A stretch of DNA of 64,000 nt, taken from the NCBI RefSeq assembly GCF_009914755.1, contig NC_060947.1. The stretch is one strand, 5' to 3'. This DNA comes from the human T2T-CHM13v2.0 reference genome, Homo sapiens. Each line of letters opens with the position of its first letter. The stretch's first letter is position 1. The notes beneath the pieces were generated by a model. It was not told the origin of the DNA. It worked only from the letters and a program-made list of their open reading frames with translations, and did not search any database. A program made the translations under genes and the position numbers. Shown in pieces: positions 43,462-58,406 of this stretch.

Positions 43462-45660
43462 CATCCCAAATCAAGATGTGACATTTTTGTCTTGATAGTG
43501 TTACTGAAACCCAGGGGCAGTAGATCTTGCATTTCCTGGCTGGTAGAAGTGGGTTCTACCACAATTCTCCCAACGACAGAGTTGTGTATGTAATGGCAAT
43601 AGTACTCAGAGGCTAGATGAGCTTCTAAACTCACATAGTAGCAATCAGACTTCATGAAGCTGTGCAAGGCAGTGTTATTCACCACTATACTTCACCACCA
43701 CTCATTTCTGTTAGTGGGGACTAGCGGAGAGCTGAGCTTCTACTCCCACCACACGTCAATGAAACTGAACAAAACAGTTGACTTGTTCGCTTTCTAATCA
43801 TCCCTGGTGTTAGTGGAACCCACTGGGGAGCTGAACTGCTGTACCTGCCTGATATCAGTGAGGTCAGAATGGGGTGTTAAAAGGTGGGGTTTATTAGCAC
43901 TCCACTTTCTTCCTTCCCCTCCCTTGGTGTCAGCTGTGTTCACTAGAGTGTTTAGCTTCCACACCCAAAAAGCAGCAACAAAGCAATGAGAGTCAGCCCT
44001 TTACTTATCTCCTTCTTGGGGACAGAAGGACACATCAGGGAGCTGACCTTACATTCCTATTTGGAGGCAAGGTGGTGGTATGTGTTAGTGACCTACTTTC
44101 ACTGAGATGATATCAGCAAGGCTGAGCAGAGAGCTGAGCCTTTCCTCCATGTGTCTTTAATAAGACAGTGGGAGTCAGCATTCGAATTTGGTCAGAGTGG
44201 TGTTGGTAGGGCCCATCCAATAATTGAACAGGCACAAAATCAACAGAGGACAACATAACATGAATCATATGTTGAGGCTAACTGACAACTTTAAATCAGC
44301 TGTTACAAAAATACCTCAACAAACAGCTACTAATTTTAAAGAACTCCACAAAAAGATGTTATAAAAAACAAATGAAAATTATAGAAGTGAAAAATACCAT
44401 AACTGAAATTAGAAAAAATAAAATAAAAACCTCACTGAATGGGCTCATCCAGAGTCAAGATGACAAGGAAAGGATCAGTGAACTTGAGGACAGATCAATA
44501 GTATTTACCCAATCGGAGAAACAGAAAGAAAACAAATTGAAAACAAAAATGAAAAGCTACTCAGCACCCTGTGGGATAACAAAAAAAAAAAACGAAATTT
44601 ATATCATCAGTATCTCAAAAAGAGATCAGAGACAAAGTGGAACCAAAAAAGTGTTTAAAGAAATAATGCATATATCCTCTCAAATGTACAGGGACACATA
44701 AACCTACAGATTCAGGAGCCTGGGAGAAGTCCAAATAGAACAAACGCACACAAAAACATGCCAAGACATATCATAATTTACGGTTTCAAATCTATAGACA
44801 AATAAAAAATCTTCAGAGCAGCCAGAGACAAAAGACACATTATTATGGGAACCCAGACATTTGAATGACAATGAATTTCTCTTCTAAAACTCTGAAGGCC
44901 AGTTTGAAGTGGAACTGGGCATTTCAGGTGTTGTAAAAATTGCCAAGTAGAAATTCTGTTTCCAGCAAAAATATTCTTCTAGAATAAAGGGGAATATAAG
45001 ATATTGTCAGATGAGGAAAAACTATATGTTTTTGCTAGCAAATGCATTCTTAAAGATTGGCTAAAGGAAGATCTATAAAATAGAAAATGATAAAAGAAGG
45101 CTGGGAACTTCAAAAAGAAAAAACATCAGCATAAATTAAAATGGGCATAAATATCATATAATATCCTTGCCTTTGAGAGTTTCTTTAGTTATATTTTATG
45201 GTGAAGCAAAAATTAAAACAATATTTCACATATTGCTCAATGTATATAAAGACTTCATATGATTATATTTTTAATGTTGGAGGATAAACAGATGTAAATC
45301 AAGTAAGGATTTTACACTTCACTCAAAGTGGTAAAATGTTGATACCTGTAGACTGTGATTAACTACATATTGTAATATCTAGTGTAACAACTAAGAAAAC
45401 TATACAATGTGCTATACTCAAAAACACTGTAAGTCAGTCAAGATACAACTCTAAAAAAAATCAGGTAAGTCTCAGGAAGGTATGCAAAGAAAAATGGAAG
45501 AATGACAAGCAGGAAACATAAACAGAAAGCAAATAAATAAAATGACACAATTTAGCTTTACTATCAATATAAATAATTACCTTAAAAGTAAATAGTCTTT
45601 GTATAGTAATTAAAATACATAAACAGTGTGGATGAAAAATGATTCAACAATATGCTGTCT

Positions 45661-45958
<298 letters not shown>

Positions 45959-46074
45959 TATGTATGCTGTCAAAAATAAACACACTATGTGACATTGATA
46001 GAATGAAAGTAAAATAATGGAAAATATATGCCTTGAATATATTAATTTTAAAAAGCAAGAGTGACTAGCAGTTG

Positions 46075-48032
46075 GATAAGAAGAAGAAAGGAAAGGTATC
46101 CAAATAGGAAAGGAAAAAGTAAGAGTATCTTTCTTCTAAGACTACACGATCTTGTATATGGAGAACATTAAAAATGCCACACAAAAACTCTTCTGGAATG
46201 AATCAACAAATTCAGTGAAGTTGCAGAACATAAAATCAGCTTGAAAAAATTAGGTGCATTTCTCTATGTCAATAATCAACAATAAGAAAAAGAAATTAAG
46301 GAAACAATTCCATTTCATAATAGCATGAAAAAAATACTTAGAAATAAACTTCACCAAGGAGGCAAAATACTTTTACACTGAAAACTGCAAAATATTGACC
46401 CCCCAAATTAAGGAAGACAGACACAAATAAATGGAAAGACATTCATGTTCATGAGTTGAATAATTAATGTTGTTAAGCTGGAAATGCCAGCAAAAGAGAT
46501 CTACAAATTTAATGTAATTCCTATCAAATTTTCCAATGATTTTTTAAATACCAAATTTATTCTAAAATTTATATGGAATCTAAAGGGATCCTTAATAGTC
46601 AGACCAATTTTGAGAAAAACAAAGCTGGAGACGTCACACTTCCTCATGTTAAAACTTATTACAGAGTTACAGTAATTTAACAGTGTGGTATTGGCATAAA
46701 GGAAGTCTTATAGACCAGTGAAATGGAATAGAAAGGCCAGAAATAAACTTTCATATATATGGTCAAGTTATTTTTGACAAGGGTGCTAAGACCTCTTAAT
46801 GGGGAAAGACAGTCTTTTCAATAAATGATGTTGAGAAAGTTGGATATTCACATGCAAAAGAATGAAGTTGGACCCTTACTATATAAAAAAATCAATTGAA
46901 AATTGATGAAAGACTTAAATGTATGTGCTAAAACTGTAAGCCCCTTAGAAGAAAAGCTTCATGTTATTAGATATGAATTTTTTTGCTATTCCACAAAAAT
47001 AAAGGACAACAAAAAAATAGATAAATTTGAGTGTATGACAATTAAGAACCTTAAGTGCATCAAGGAATGCAATCAACAGAGCCAAAGACAACCTGCTGTA
47101 TAGGGGAAAAATTTGCAAAGCATATAACTGATGAGGGGTTAATATCCGGAATATGAAAAGAACTCCAACTTAACGATGAAATACAACCTAACTTAAAAAC
47201 AGGCAAAGGAATTAAATAGACATTTCCGGAAAGAAAATATACAAACAACCAACAAACACATTAAAAGATTCTGAACAGTACCAATTATTAAGTAAATACA
47301 AATAAAAATCACAATGAGATACCACTTTATAACCATTAGGATTGCTACTATCAAAGTAACAGAAAATTAAAAGTGCTGACAAAGAAGTAGAAAAACCGGA
47401 ACCTTTTGCGCATTGTTGGTAGTAATGTCAAATGGTGTGGCAACTATGAAAAATGGTATGGTAGTTCCTCAAAAAGTAAAAATAGAATTCTCACATGAGC
47501 CAGCAATTCCTCTTCTGGGTATATACTCAACACAATTAAAAGCAGAGTCTTGAAGATATATCAGTACACCCATGTTCATAGCAACCTTACTCACAATAGG
47601 CAAAAAGTAGAAGCAACCCAAGGGTTCATCAATAGATCGGCAAATTGAAGTATATACATACAATAAAATATTATTAAGCCTTTTCAAAGAATAAAATTCT
47701 GGCATTATACATAAATGAACCTTGAGAGCATTATGCTAGATAAAATAAGCCAGTCATAAAAAGACACATACTGTAAAATTATAATTATATGAGGTAGCTA
47801 GAGTAGTTAAATTCAAAGAGGCAAAAAGTAGAATGGTTTTTGTCAGGGTCTAGAAGAGGAGGAAGTGAGGAGTTGTGCAATGGGTATAGAGTTTCAGTTT
47901 TGCAATGTGACAATAGTTCTTGGATTCGTTGTGTGAATATACTTAACACAACTGAACTGTACAATATTGTACAATAAAAATTGGTTCAGATAGAAATTTG
48001 ATGTTAGGTGTATTTTACCACGATTAAAAATA
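46075..48032 (+). mobile_element. L1MB-type 3' half, left arm
   Basis: ORF2 C-terminal remnants; 3' end GGGTATAGAGTTTCAGTTTTGCAA...TATTTTACCACGATTAAAAA. Confidence 0.75.
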
Positions 48033-49183
48033 GAAAGTAGGAATAGTTATATTAATGTGGTATAAAGTAGAGATCACAGCAAGGACAGTAAATAAAGGCA
48101 AAGAAGGACTTTACATGATTATGCAAGTATCAATCCACCACAAATATATACCTATACTGACTGTGTATCAACGAAACAATAGCGCTTTCAAATACATGAA
48201 GCAAAAACTAATAGAGATGAATGAAGAAATAGACTTATTTACAATTATAGTTGGATTTAAACACTCAGCAACTGACAGAACTTCTAGACATAATATCCTC
48301 AATAATAGAATAACTGAATAATGCAACGACCAACAGTATCTAATTGACACATATAGAATAGTTCATTAAACAACAGCAGAATATATATTTATTGCATGTG
48401 TCCACAGAACGTGTACCAAGATAGACCATGTGATGGACTACAAAACAAACCTTACCAAACTTAAAATAATTGAAATTGTTGATAAATAATTAAAAGAATT
48501 GAAATGTGTTGTGTAGACAACACATTGTATGACCAAAATGGAATCAAAGGAGCAACTATAACAAAATACAAAAAAACTAAACAATCGGAAATTAAATTAT
48601 GCATTTCTAAATAATTCATAATAATTCATGGGTGAAGAAGTAGTCTCAAGGGAAATAAAAAAATATGTGAACTAAATAAAAATGAAAATATACATGTTAA
48701 AACACGTGGAATACAGCTAACATTATACTGAGAGAGAAATTTATACCATTAAATGCTTACATTAGAAACAAGGAAATGTCTGAAATTAGAGACCTAATTT
48801 CTTACCTAAAGAATATAGAAAGGAAGAGAAAAATAAACCCAAAGCAAACAGAAGGAAGTAAATCATAACGATAAAAACAAAAATCAATGAAATTAAAAGC
48901 AGGAATAAAATAGGAAAATCAATTAAACAGAAAGCTATTTCTTTAAAACCGTCAACAAAATTGATAAAACTTAAGCACAACTGACAGCTTAAAAAAAAGA
49001 AGACAACAAATAAACAATATCAGGGACGAAAAAGGACATAGCATTACAGATTTTTCAGGCATTAAATGGATAAGAGAATACTGTGAACAACCGTATGCTC
49101 ATAAATTCAAAAATATAGAAAAAATTGATCAATTCGTTAGAAAAACACAAACTACCAAAAATAAATTTAATAAAATTATATAG

Positions 49184-49506
<323 letters not shown>

Positions 49507-49569
49507 TATATAGGTGATATAATTAGTCCTGCAACTAACAAAGAGAATGAATTTGTAATTTAATAAGTC

Positions 49570-49853
49570 TCTTGTCTGTCACCATGTGAGATGTGCCTTT
49601 CAACTTGCGCCATAATTGTGAGGCACCCAGCCATGTGGAACTGTAAGCTTATTAAACCGCTTTATTTTCTAAATTTCTCAGTCTTGGGTGTGTCTTCATG
49701 AGCAGCATGAAAATGGACCAATACAGTAAATTGGTACCAGAGACACCCTGATTTTTCAGTTCCAACCTTTAGAGCTGTGATAAATAAATGTCTATTGTTT
49801 AAGCTACCCAGTCTATAGGATTCTTTTATAGCAGCCTGAAATGACTAAGACAA
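49570..49853 (+). mobile_element. THE1 LTR 3' part with start of internal sequence fused to an MLT1 3' end (mirror at ~57734-58017)
   Basis: CCAGCCATGTGGAACTGTAAG...GGACCAATACAGTAAATTGGTACCAG, then TTGTTTAAGCTACCCAGTCTAT...GACTAAGACA. Confidence 0.65.
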
Positions 49854-50876
49854 TTATATATGTCTATTACCTAGAAATTCTGTTCCTGAACATACACCTT
49901 AAAGAAATATAGGCAGAATTCCACAAAGGGTCATGAGCTACTAACGAGGCTCATAGCAGCATCATTAGTAGCAGTAAGGAACAGCATCAACATAGGTTAC
50001 ACTCAAAGGGGGAAGAAAATGAACAAGCACGATGCAACATTAAAAGCAATGAACAAGAGATGCATATAGCAGCTTAAGTCAAATGTTACACTTTCACACA
50101 TGCACGTATTTAACAAAGCCATATGTTTAACAAGAATAAAAACATAGGAAAGCAAATCATTCAAACACATCAGGTGTGTCACATGCAGGTGTCTTTTGGT
50201 GGGAAAGAAATTAGTAAGAGAAACTAGGAAGGTAGAAAGAAAAATCCAATAAAATAGAGAAATAACCTTTCAAAAATCAATAATGATAATGTGGTCAGAG
50301 CCCAAGAATAGGATAAAAGTAAAGATAAAAGCAACCTTCATAAATAGACAGTTAATTCTAATCCCTTTCTATCAATTGCAGGGCTAGCAGAAATTAATGA
50401 AAATAAGCTGCCTTTAATGCCAAATGTGATAGGTAGAAAGATGTTTATTTGTGGGAACTGTCTTTTGTTTGTAGAATTACTCACCTCTCCACTGACATTG
50501 AAAGACAGCCATATTGTTTTTAGTGGGATTTTAGGTAAAATATCAAAAATAACAGCTAATGACTTAGGGAGGGAGACTTCAGAATAAACCAATGAGTAGG
50601 TGTGGCCTTGGGGAATAGATTAAAGGAAACTGTCTGCTATGTGGGCCACCACAATTGAACATGGGTATATGAGGAGGGGTGGTAGTTCATGATGGGAAGG
50701 CATAGAAGAGGCTGTCATAGAGAAGCCTCTTTTCTACCACCAGGCTATCCTTGCCTTTATATCACCCCCCCACCATCCAAAACAGAGGTGGCAGGAGTGG
50801 TACATTCTGATGACTAAGACTCCCCAGGTACCTCCCCACCCCTCTCTCACATAGAAGTGACAAGAGTAGTGCTTTG

Positions 50877-50980
50877 TGACGTCTTAGTGTCCCTTAGCTC
50901 TCATTGGCTGGGCGAGTGCCTTGCTGACCAATCAAAGTTGAAGGGTGTGGCCCCTCATTGTGCTGGGAGGGGTATACATA
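50877..50980 (+). promoter_or_regulatory. Putative proximal promoter of left CXorf51 copy: CRE-like site, two CCAAT boxes, GT box, TATA-like element
   Basis: TGACGTCT 50877-50884, ATTGG 50903-50907, CCAAT 50928-50932, GGGTGTGG 50943-50950, TATACATA 50973-50980, all within 150 nt upstream of the ATG. Confidence 0.6.
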
Positions 50981-50986
50981 GGATGA

Positions 50987-51539
<553 letters not shown>

Positions 51540-51617
51540 TGTCTCTAGAGGTCCGCCACTGAAAAGTCATCAATCATACAGTCAGTGAATTCTACACCAA
51601 CAGGTTAAAACCATGAA

Positions 51618-51623
51618 AATAAA
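51618..51623 (+). terminator. Polyadenylation signal AATAAA, left copy
   Basis: Canonical hexamer ~80 nt after the stop codon, followed by a GU-rich stretch (ATGTCTCTGTG). Confidence 0.75.
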
Positions 51624-52309
51624 ATCAACCTGAATCGAAAGGATATGTCTCTGTGACTTCTCTGATGGTGAGGAAGGAAGGAGTGAGGGGAAGAGGGAGG
51701 TGTGTGTGAGAAGGCAGGGAGGTGGCTTCTGTGGGGTTTGAGGCCAGACCAACAGGTCCACAGCTGGAAACTGGGGGGATAAGGACTGGCTCAGGACTAA
51801 GCACTGAAGATAAATTTCCTGAACACTTTTTAATACACAAAGAGTGAAAGGGGTTGGTGTTTCTACCTGTGTGTGTTTTGGTGGGGAAAGAGGGATGTGA
51901 CTTCAGTGTATTGATTGTCAGAACCTGTATGGGGTGAGGTGTGTGGGTGGCAGTACTATCCCCAAAAACAGACAAGAGATAACCTGCAGGCCATCTACCT
52001 CATAATGGTAGGTATGAGGTACACCCCACCCTATGATATAAGCAACTAAATGCCCTTCAAAGGGCCAAATATCTCTAAAAGTTACCAGCAGCACCTGAAA
52101 TAATGGTTACTAGATGCCACAAATCCAACACTGACTAGCCCACCTTCTTAAAAAGCTTAGGGCGGGGCAGGGCAATGGGAGTGGTCTACCTCTAGTGCGG
52201 GCAGTGAATGAGAGCATTGTCTACAGAGAATTTTAAAACAAGATAGCTCTCTCTCTCCGTCTTTTATTTTTATTTTTCCAAAGTTGTTTTTATCCCTAAA
52301 GAGAATATC

Positions 52310-52620
52310 ATTTTTCAACAGCTTTACTGAAGTATAATTGACATATGACAAACTGCACATGCTTAAAAAGTATACAGTTTGATGAGTTTTGTCACATCTG
52401 CTCTTGTTAAACCATCACAACTATAAGAGTGAACATACCCATTACCCCCTAAAGTTTTCTCATGCCGTTTGGCAATTCTTCCCTGTCCCTACCTCCACCA
52501 TCATTCTCAAAAAAACCCGCTGATTTGCTTTCTGTCACTATCTGTTTCTATTTTCTGGAGGTTTGTAAGAATGGAATCATAAGATATGTACTCTTTATTT
52601 TTTTCTAGTCCAGCTTCTTA
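52310..52620 (-). mobile_element. L1M 3' end fragment (mirror at ~54967-55277)
   Basis: CAACAGCTTTACTGAAGTATAATTGACATATGACAAACTGCACAT. Confidence 0.6.
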
Positions 52621-53326
52621 GAACAACTATCTTTCCTTCCCAAAGATATTTTGTTTTGTTGGTCTGCTTTTTAAAAGATTGCTGTGGTCAATACGTTTTA
52701 ATCATGTGTCTACGGGAGTGGTCTTAAAACAGCACAATTTCTCATTATATTTTAATGAATACTTATTGTATTCTACAAGGAAATTCATGCAGATAATTTC
52801 CTGTTATACCATTGGCCTCAGGTATCACCTGACTCAGTTGTTGCTGTTTCTTTCTAAAGCAAGCTCCTAAGGATGTGGTATTTCTTGCAGTGCACTTTGG
52901 GCCATAAGCCATGGTCCTGTATGACACACATACACCAGCATTTAAACAATATTTCTAAAACAATAATAGTACAGTCATTGATTTTAAAATAAAGGAATAA
53001 ATAATCTGAGTTTTTCCTGTGCTGTCATTCCATGTGACCACTTGTTTGGATGATGCCTAAGTTAATAAAACAAAGTATGAATGGCAAGGTATAAATGTTT
53101 GAGAAGTTCAAATCTTTACTTCATTTCAACAAAAAATACTTTGTAAAATTGAACTATATCTCTAAAAGTAAAATTTATTCTTCTTTAATTGTTTAATAGT
53201 TATTTTAGAACTACAGACCAATTCAAGGAAATCAAATGTTACATATGTGGATAATTTATTAATTGACTAATTTGTCCCTTCTGCATAATTTTTGGTTTTC
53301 TTAAAGTACCATTTTATATGTTACTT

Positions 53327-54260
53327 TATATATGTGTATATACACATATATATGTATATATATACACATATATACACATGTGTATATATGTATGTACACA
53401 TATATGTATATACACACATATATACACACATATATGTACACATATATATGTGTATATACGTATATACACATGTGTATATACGTATATACACATATATGTA
53501 TATACACACATATATACACATATATATGTGTACATATATGTGTATATATGTATATACACATATATATGTGTACATATATGTGTATATATGTATATACACA
53601 TATATATGTGTACATATATGTGTATATATGTATATACACATATATATGTGTACATATATGTGTATATATGTATATACACATATATATGTGTACATATATG
53701 TGTATATATGTATATACACATATATATGTGTACATATATGTGTATATATGTATATACACATATATATGTGTATATATGTATATACACATATATATGTGTA
53801 CATATATGTGTGTATATGTGTGTATATATACATATATGTGTATATACGTATATACACATGTGTATATACGTATATACACACATATATGTGTACATATATG
53901 TGTGTATATGTGTGTGTATATACATATATGTGTATATACGTATATACACATGTGTATATACGTATATACACATATATATGTGTACATATATGTGTGTATA
54001 TGTGTGTGTATATACATATATGTGTATATACGTATATACACATATATGTGTACATATATGTGTGTATATGTGTGTATATACATATATGTGTATATACATA
54101 TATACACATATATATGTGTGTATATGTGTGTGTATATACATATATGTGTATATACGTATATACACATATATGTGTGTATATATGTGTATATATATACATA
54201 TATACACATGTGTATATATGTGTATATATATACATATATATGTGTATATACACATATATA
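53327..54260. repeat. Alternating purine-pyrimidine (TA/CA/TG) compound micro/minisatellite forming the palindrome centre
   Basis: ~934 bp of Y-R alternation. Includes 6 perfect copies of the 40-mer TATATATGTGTACATATATGTGTATATATGTATATACACA (53521-53760) and repeated self-complementary 22-mers TGTGTATATACGTATATACACA. Confidence 0.97.
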
Positions 54261-55963
54261 AAGTAACATATAAAATGGTACTTTAAGAAAACCAAAAATT
54301 ATGCAGAAGGGACAAATTAGTCAATTAATAAATTATCCACGTATGTAACATTTGATTTCCTTGAATTGGTCTGTAGTTCTAAAATAACTATTAAACAATT
54401 AAAGAAGAATAAATTTTACTTTTAAAGATATAGTTCAATTTTACAAAGTATTTTTTGTTGAAATGAAGTAAAGATTTGAACTTCTCAAACATTTATACCT
54501 TGCCATTCATACTTTGTTTTATTAACTTAGGCATCATCCAAACAAGTGGTCACATGGAATGACAGCACAGGAAAAACTCAGATTATTTATTCCTTTATTT
54601 TAAAATCAATGACTGTACTATTATTGTTTTAGAAATATTGTTTAAATGCTGGTGTATGTGTGTCATACAGGACCATGGCTTATGGCCCAAAGTGCACTGC
54701 AAGAAATACCACATCCTTAGGAGCTTGCTTTAGAAAGAAACAGCAACAACTGAGTCAGGTGATACCTGAGGCCAATGGTATAACAGGAAATTATCTGCAT
54801 GAATTTCCTTGTAGAATACAATAAGTATTCATTAAAATATAATGAGAAATTGTGCTGTTTTAAGACCACTCCCGTAGACACATGATTAAAACGTATTGAC
54901 CACAGCAATCTTTTAAAAAGCAGACCAACAAAACAAAATATTTTTGGGAAGGAAAGATAGTTGTTCTAAGAAGCTGGACTAGAAAAAAATAAAGAGTACA
55001 TATCTTATGATTCCATTCTTACAAACCTCCAGAAAATAGAAACAGATAGTGACAGAAAGCAAATCAGCGGGTTTTTTTGAGAATGATGGTGGAGGTAGGG
55101 ACAGGGAAGAATTGCCAAAGGGCATGAGAAAACTTTAGGGGGTAATGGGTATGTTCACTCTTATAGTTGTGATGGTTTAACAAGAGCAGATGTGACAAAA
55201 CTCATCAAACTGTATACTTTTTAAGCATGTGCAGTTTGTCATATGTCAATTATACTTCAGTAAAGCTGTTGAAAAATGATATTCTCTTTAGGGATAAAAA
55301 CAACTTTGGAAAAATAAAAATAAAAGACGGAGAGAGAGAGCTATCTTGTTTTAAAATTCTCTGTAGACAATGCTCTCATTCACTGCCTGCACTAGAGGTA
55401 GACCACTCCCATTGCCCTGCTCCGCCCTAAGCTTTTTAAGAAGGTGGGCTAGTCAGTGTTGGATTTGTGGCATCTAGTAACCATTATTTCAGGTGCTGCT
55501 GGTAACTTTTAGAGATATTTGGCCCTTTGAAGGGCATTTAGTTGCTTATATCATAGGGTGGGGTGTACCTCATACCTACCATTATGAGGTAGATGGCCTG
55601 CAGGTTATCTCTTGTCTGTTTTTGGGGATAGTACTGCCACCCACACACCTCACCCCATACAGGTTCTGACAATCAATACACTGAAGTCACATCCCTCTTT
55701 CCCCACCAAAACACACACAGGTAGAAACACCAACCCCTTTCACTCTTTGTGTATTAAAAAGTGTTCAGGAAATTTATCTTCAGTGCTTAGTCCTGAGCCA
55801 GTCCTTATCCCCCCAGTTTCCAGCTGTGGACCTGTTGGTCTGGCCTCAAACCCCACAGAAGCCACCTCCCTGCCTTCTCACACACACCTCCCTCTTCCCC
55901 TCACTCCTTCCTTCCTCACCATCAGAGAAGTCACAGAGACATATCCTTTCGATTCAGGTTGAT

Positions 55964-55969
55964 TTTATT
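55964..55969 (-). terminator. Polyadenylation signal AATAAA, right copy
   Basis: TTTATT on the + strand; mirror of 51618-51623. Confidence 0.75.
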
Positions 55970-56047
55970 TTCATGGTTTTAACCTGTTGGTGTAGAATTC
56001 ACTGACTGTATGATTGATGACTTTTCAGTGGCGGACCTCTAGAGACA

Positions 56048-56600
<553 letters not shown>

Positions 56601-56606
56601 TCATCC

Positions 56607-56710
56607 TATGTATACCCCTCCCAGCACAATGAGGGGCCACACCCTTCAACTTTGATTGGTCAGCAAGGCACTCGCCCAGCCAATGAGAGCTAAGGGACAC
56701 TAAGACGTCA
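56607..56710 (-). promoter_or_regulatory. Putative proximal promoter of right CXorf51 copy
   Basis: Mirror copy of 50877-50980 with the same motifs. Confidence 0.6.
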
Positions 56711-58080
56711 CAAAGCACTACTCTTGTCACTTCTATGTGAGAGAGGGGTGGGGAGGTACCTGGGGAGTCTTAGTCATCAGAATGTACCACTCCTGCCACC
56801 TCTGTTTTGGATGGTGGGGGGGTGATATAAAGGCAAGGATAGCCTGGTGGTAGAAAAGAGGCTTCTCTATGACAGCCTCTTCTATGCCTTCCCATCATGA
56901 ACTACCACCCCTCCTCATATACCCATGTTCAATTGTGGTGGCCCACATAGCAGACAGTTTCCTTTAATCTATTCCCCAAGGCCACACCTACTCATTGGTT
57001 TATTCTGAAGTCTCCCTCCCTAAGTCATTAGCTGTTATTTTTGATATTTTACCTAAAATCCCACTAAAAACAATATGGCTGTCTTTCAATGTCAGTGGAG
57101 AGGTGAGTAATTCTACAAACAAAAGACAGTTCCCACAAATAAACATCTTTCTACCTATCACATTTGGCATTAAAGGCAGCTTATTTTCATTAATTTCTGC
57201 TAGCCCTGCAATTGATAGAAAGGGATTAGAATTAACTGTCTATTTATGAAGGTTGCTTTTATCTTTACTTTTATCCTATTCTTGGGCTCTGACCACATTA
57301 TCATTATTGATTTTTGAAAGGTTATTTCTCTATTTTATTGGATTTTTCTTTCTACCTTCCTAGTTTCTCTTACTAATTTCTTTCCCACCAAAAGACACCT
57401 GCATGTGACACACCTGATGTGTTTGAATGATTTGCTTTCCTATGTTTTTATTCTTGTTAAACATATGGCTTTGTTAAATACGTGCATGTGTGAAAGTGTA
57501 ACATTTGACTTAAGCTGCTATATGCATCTCTTGTTCATTGCTTTTAATGTTGCATCGTGCTTGTTCATTTTCTTCCCCCTTTGAGTGTAACCTATGTTGA
57601 TGCTGTTCCTTACTGCTACTAATGATGCTGCTATGAGCCTCGTTAGTAGCTCATGACCCTTTGTGGAATTCTGCCTATATTTCTTTAAGGTGTATGTTCA
57701 GGAACAGAATTTCTAGGTAATAGACATATATAATTGTCTTAGTCATTTCAGGCTGCTATAAAAGAATCCTATAGACTGGGTAGCTTAAACAATAGACATT
57801 TATTTATCACAGCTCTAAAGGTTGGAACTGAAAAATCAGGGTGTCTCTGGTACCAATTTACTGTATTGGTCCATTTTCATGCTGCTCATGAAGACACACC
57901 CAAGACTGAGAAATTTAGAAAATAAAGCGGTTTAATAAGCTTACAGTTCCACATGGCTGGGTGCCTCACAATTATGGCGCAAGTTGAAAGGCACATCTCA
58001 CATGGTGACAGACAAGAGACTTATTAAATTACAAATTCATTCTCTTTGTTAGTTGCAGGACTAATTATATCACCTATATA

Positions 58081-58406
<326 letters not shown>

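Noticed and set aside
53521-53760. Regular 40-bp repeats as a CRISPR-like array
   Set aside because: Head-to-tail tandem units with no unique spacers, in primate DNA.
53292-54295. Six overlapping 309-324-aa Y/I/C/V/H/T/M ORFs
   Set aside because: TAA, TAG and TGA all need two adjacent purines, so strict purine-pyrimidine alternation leaves all six frames open automatically; not evidence of coding.
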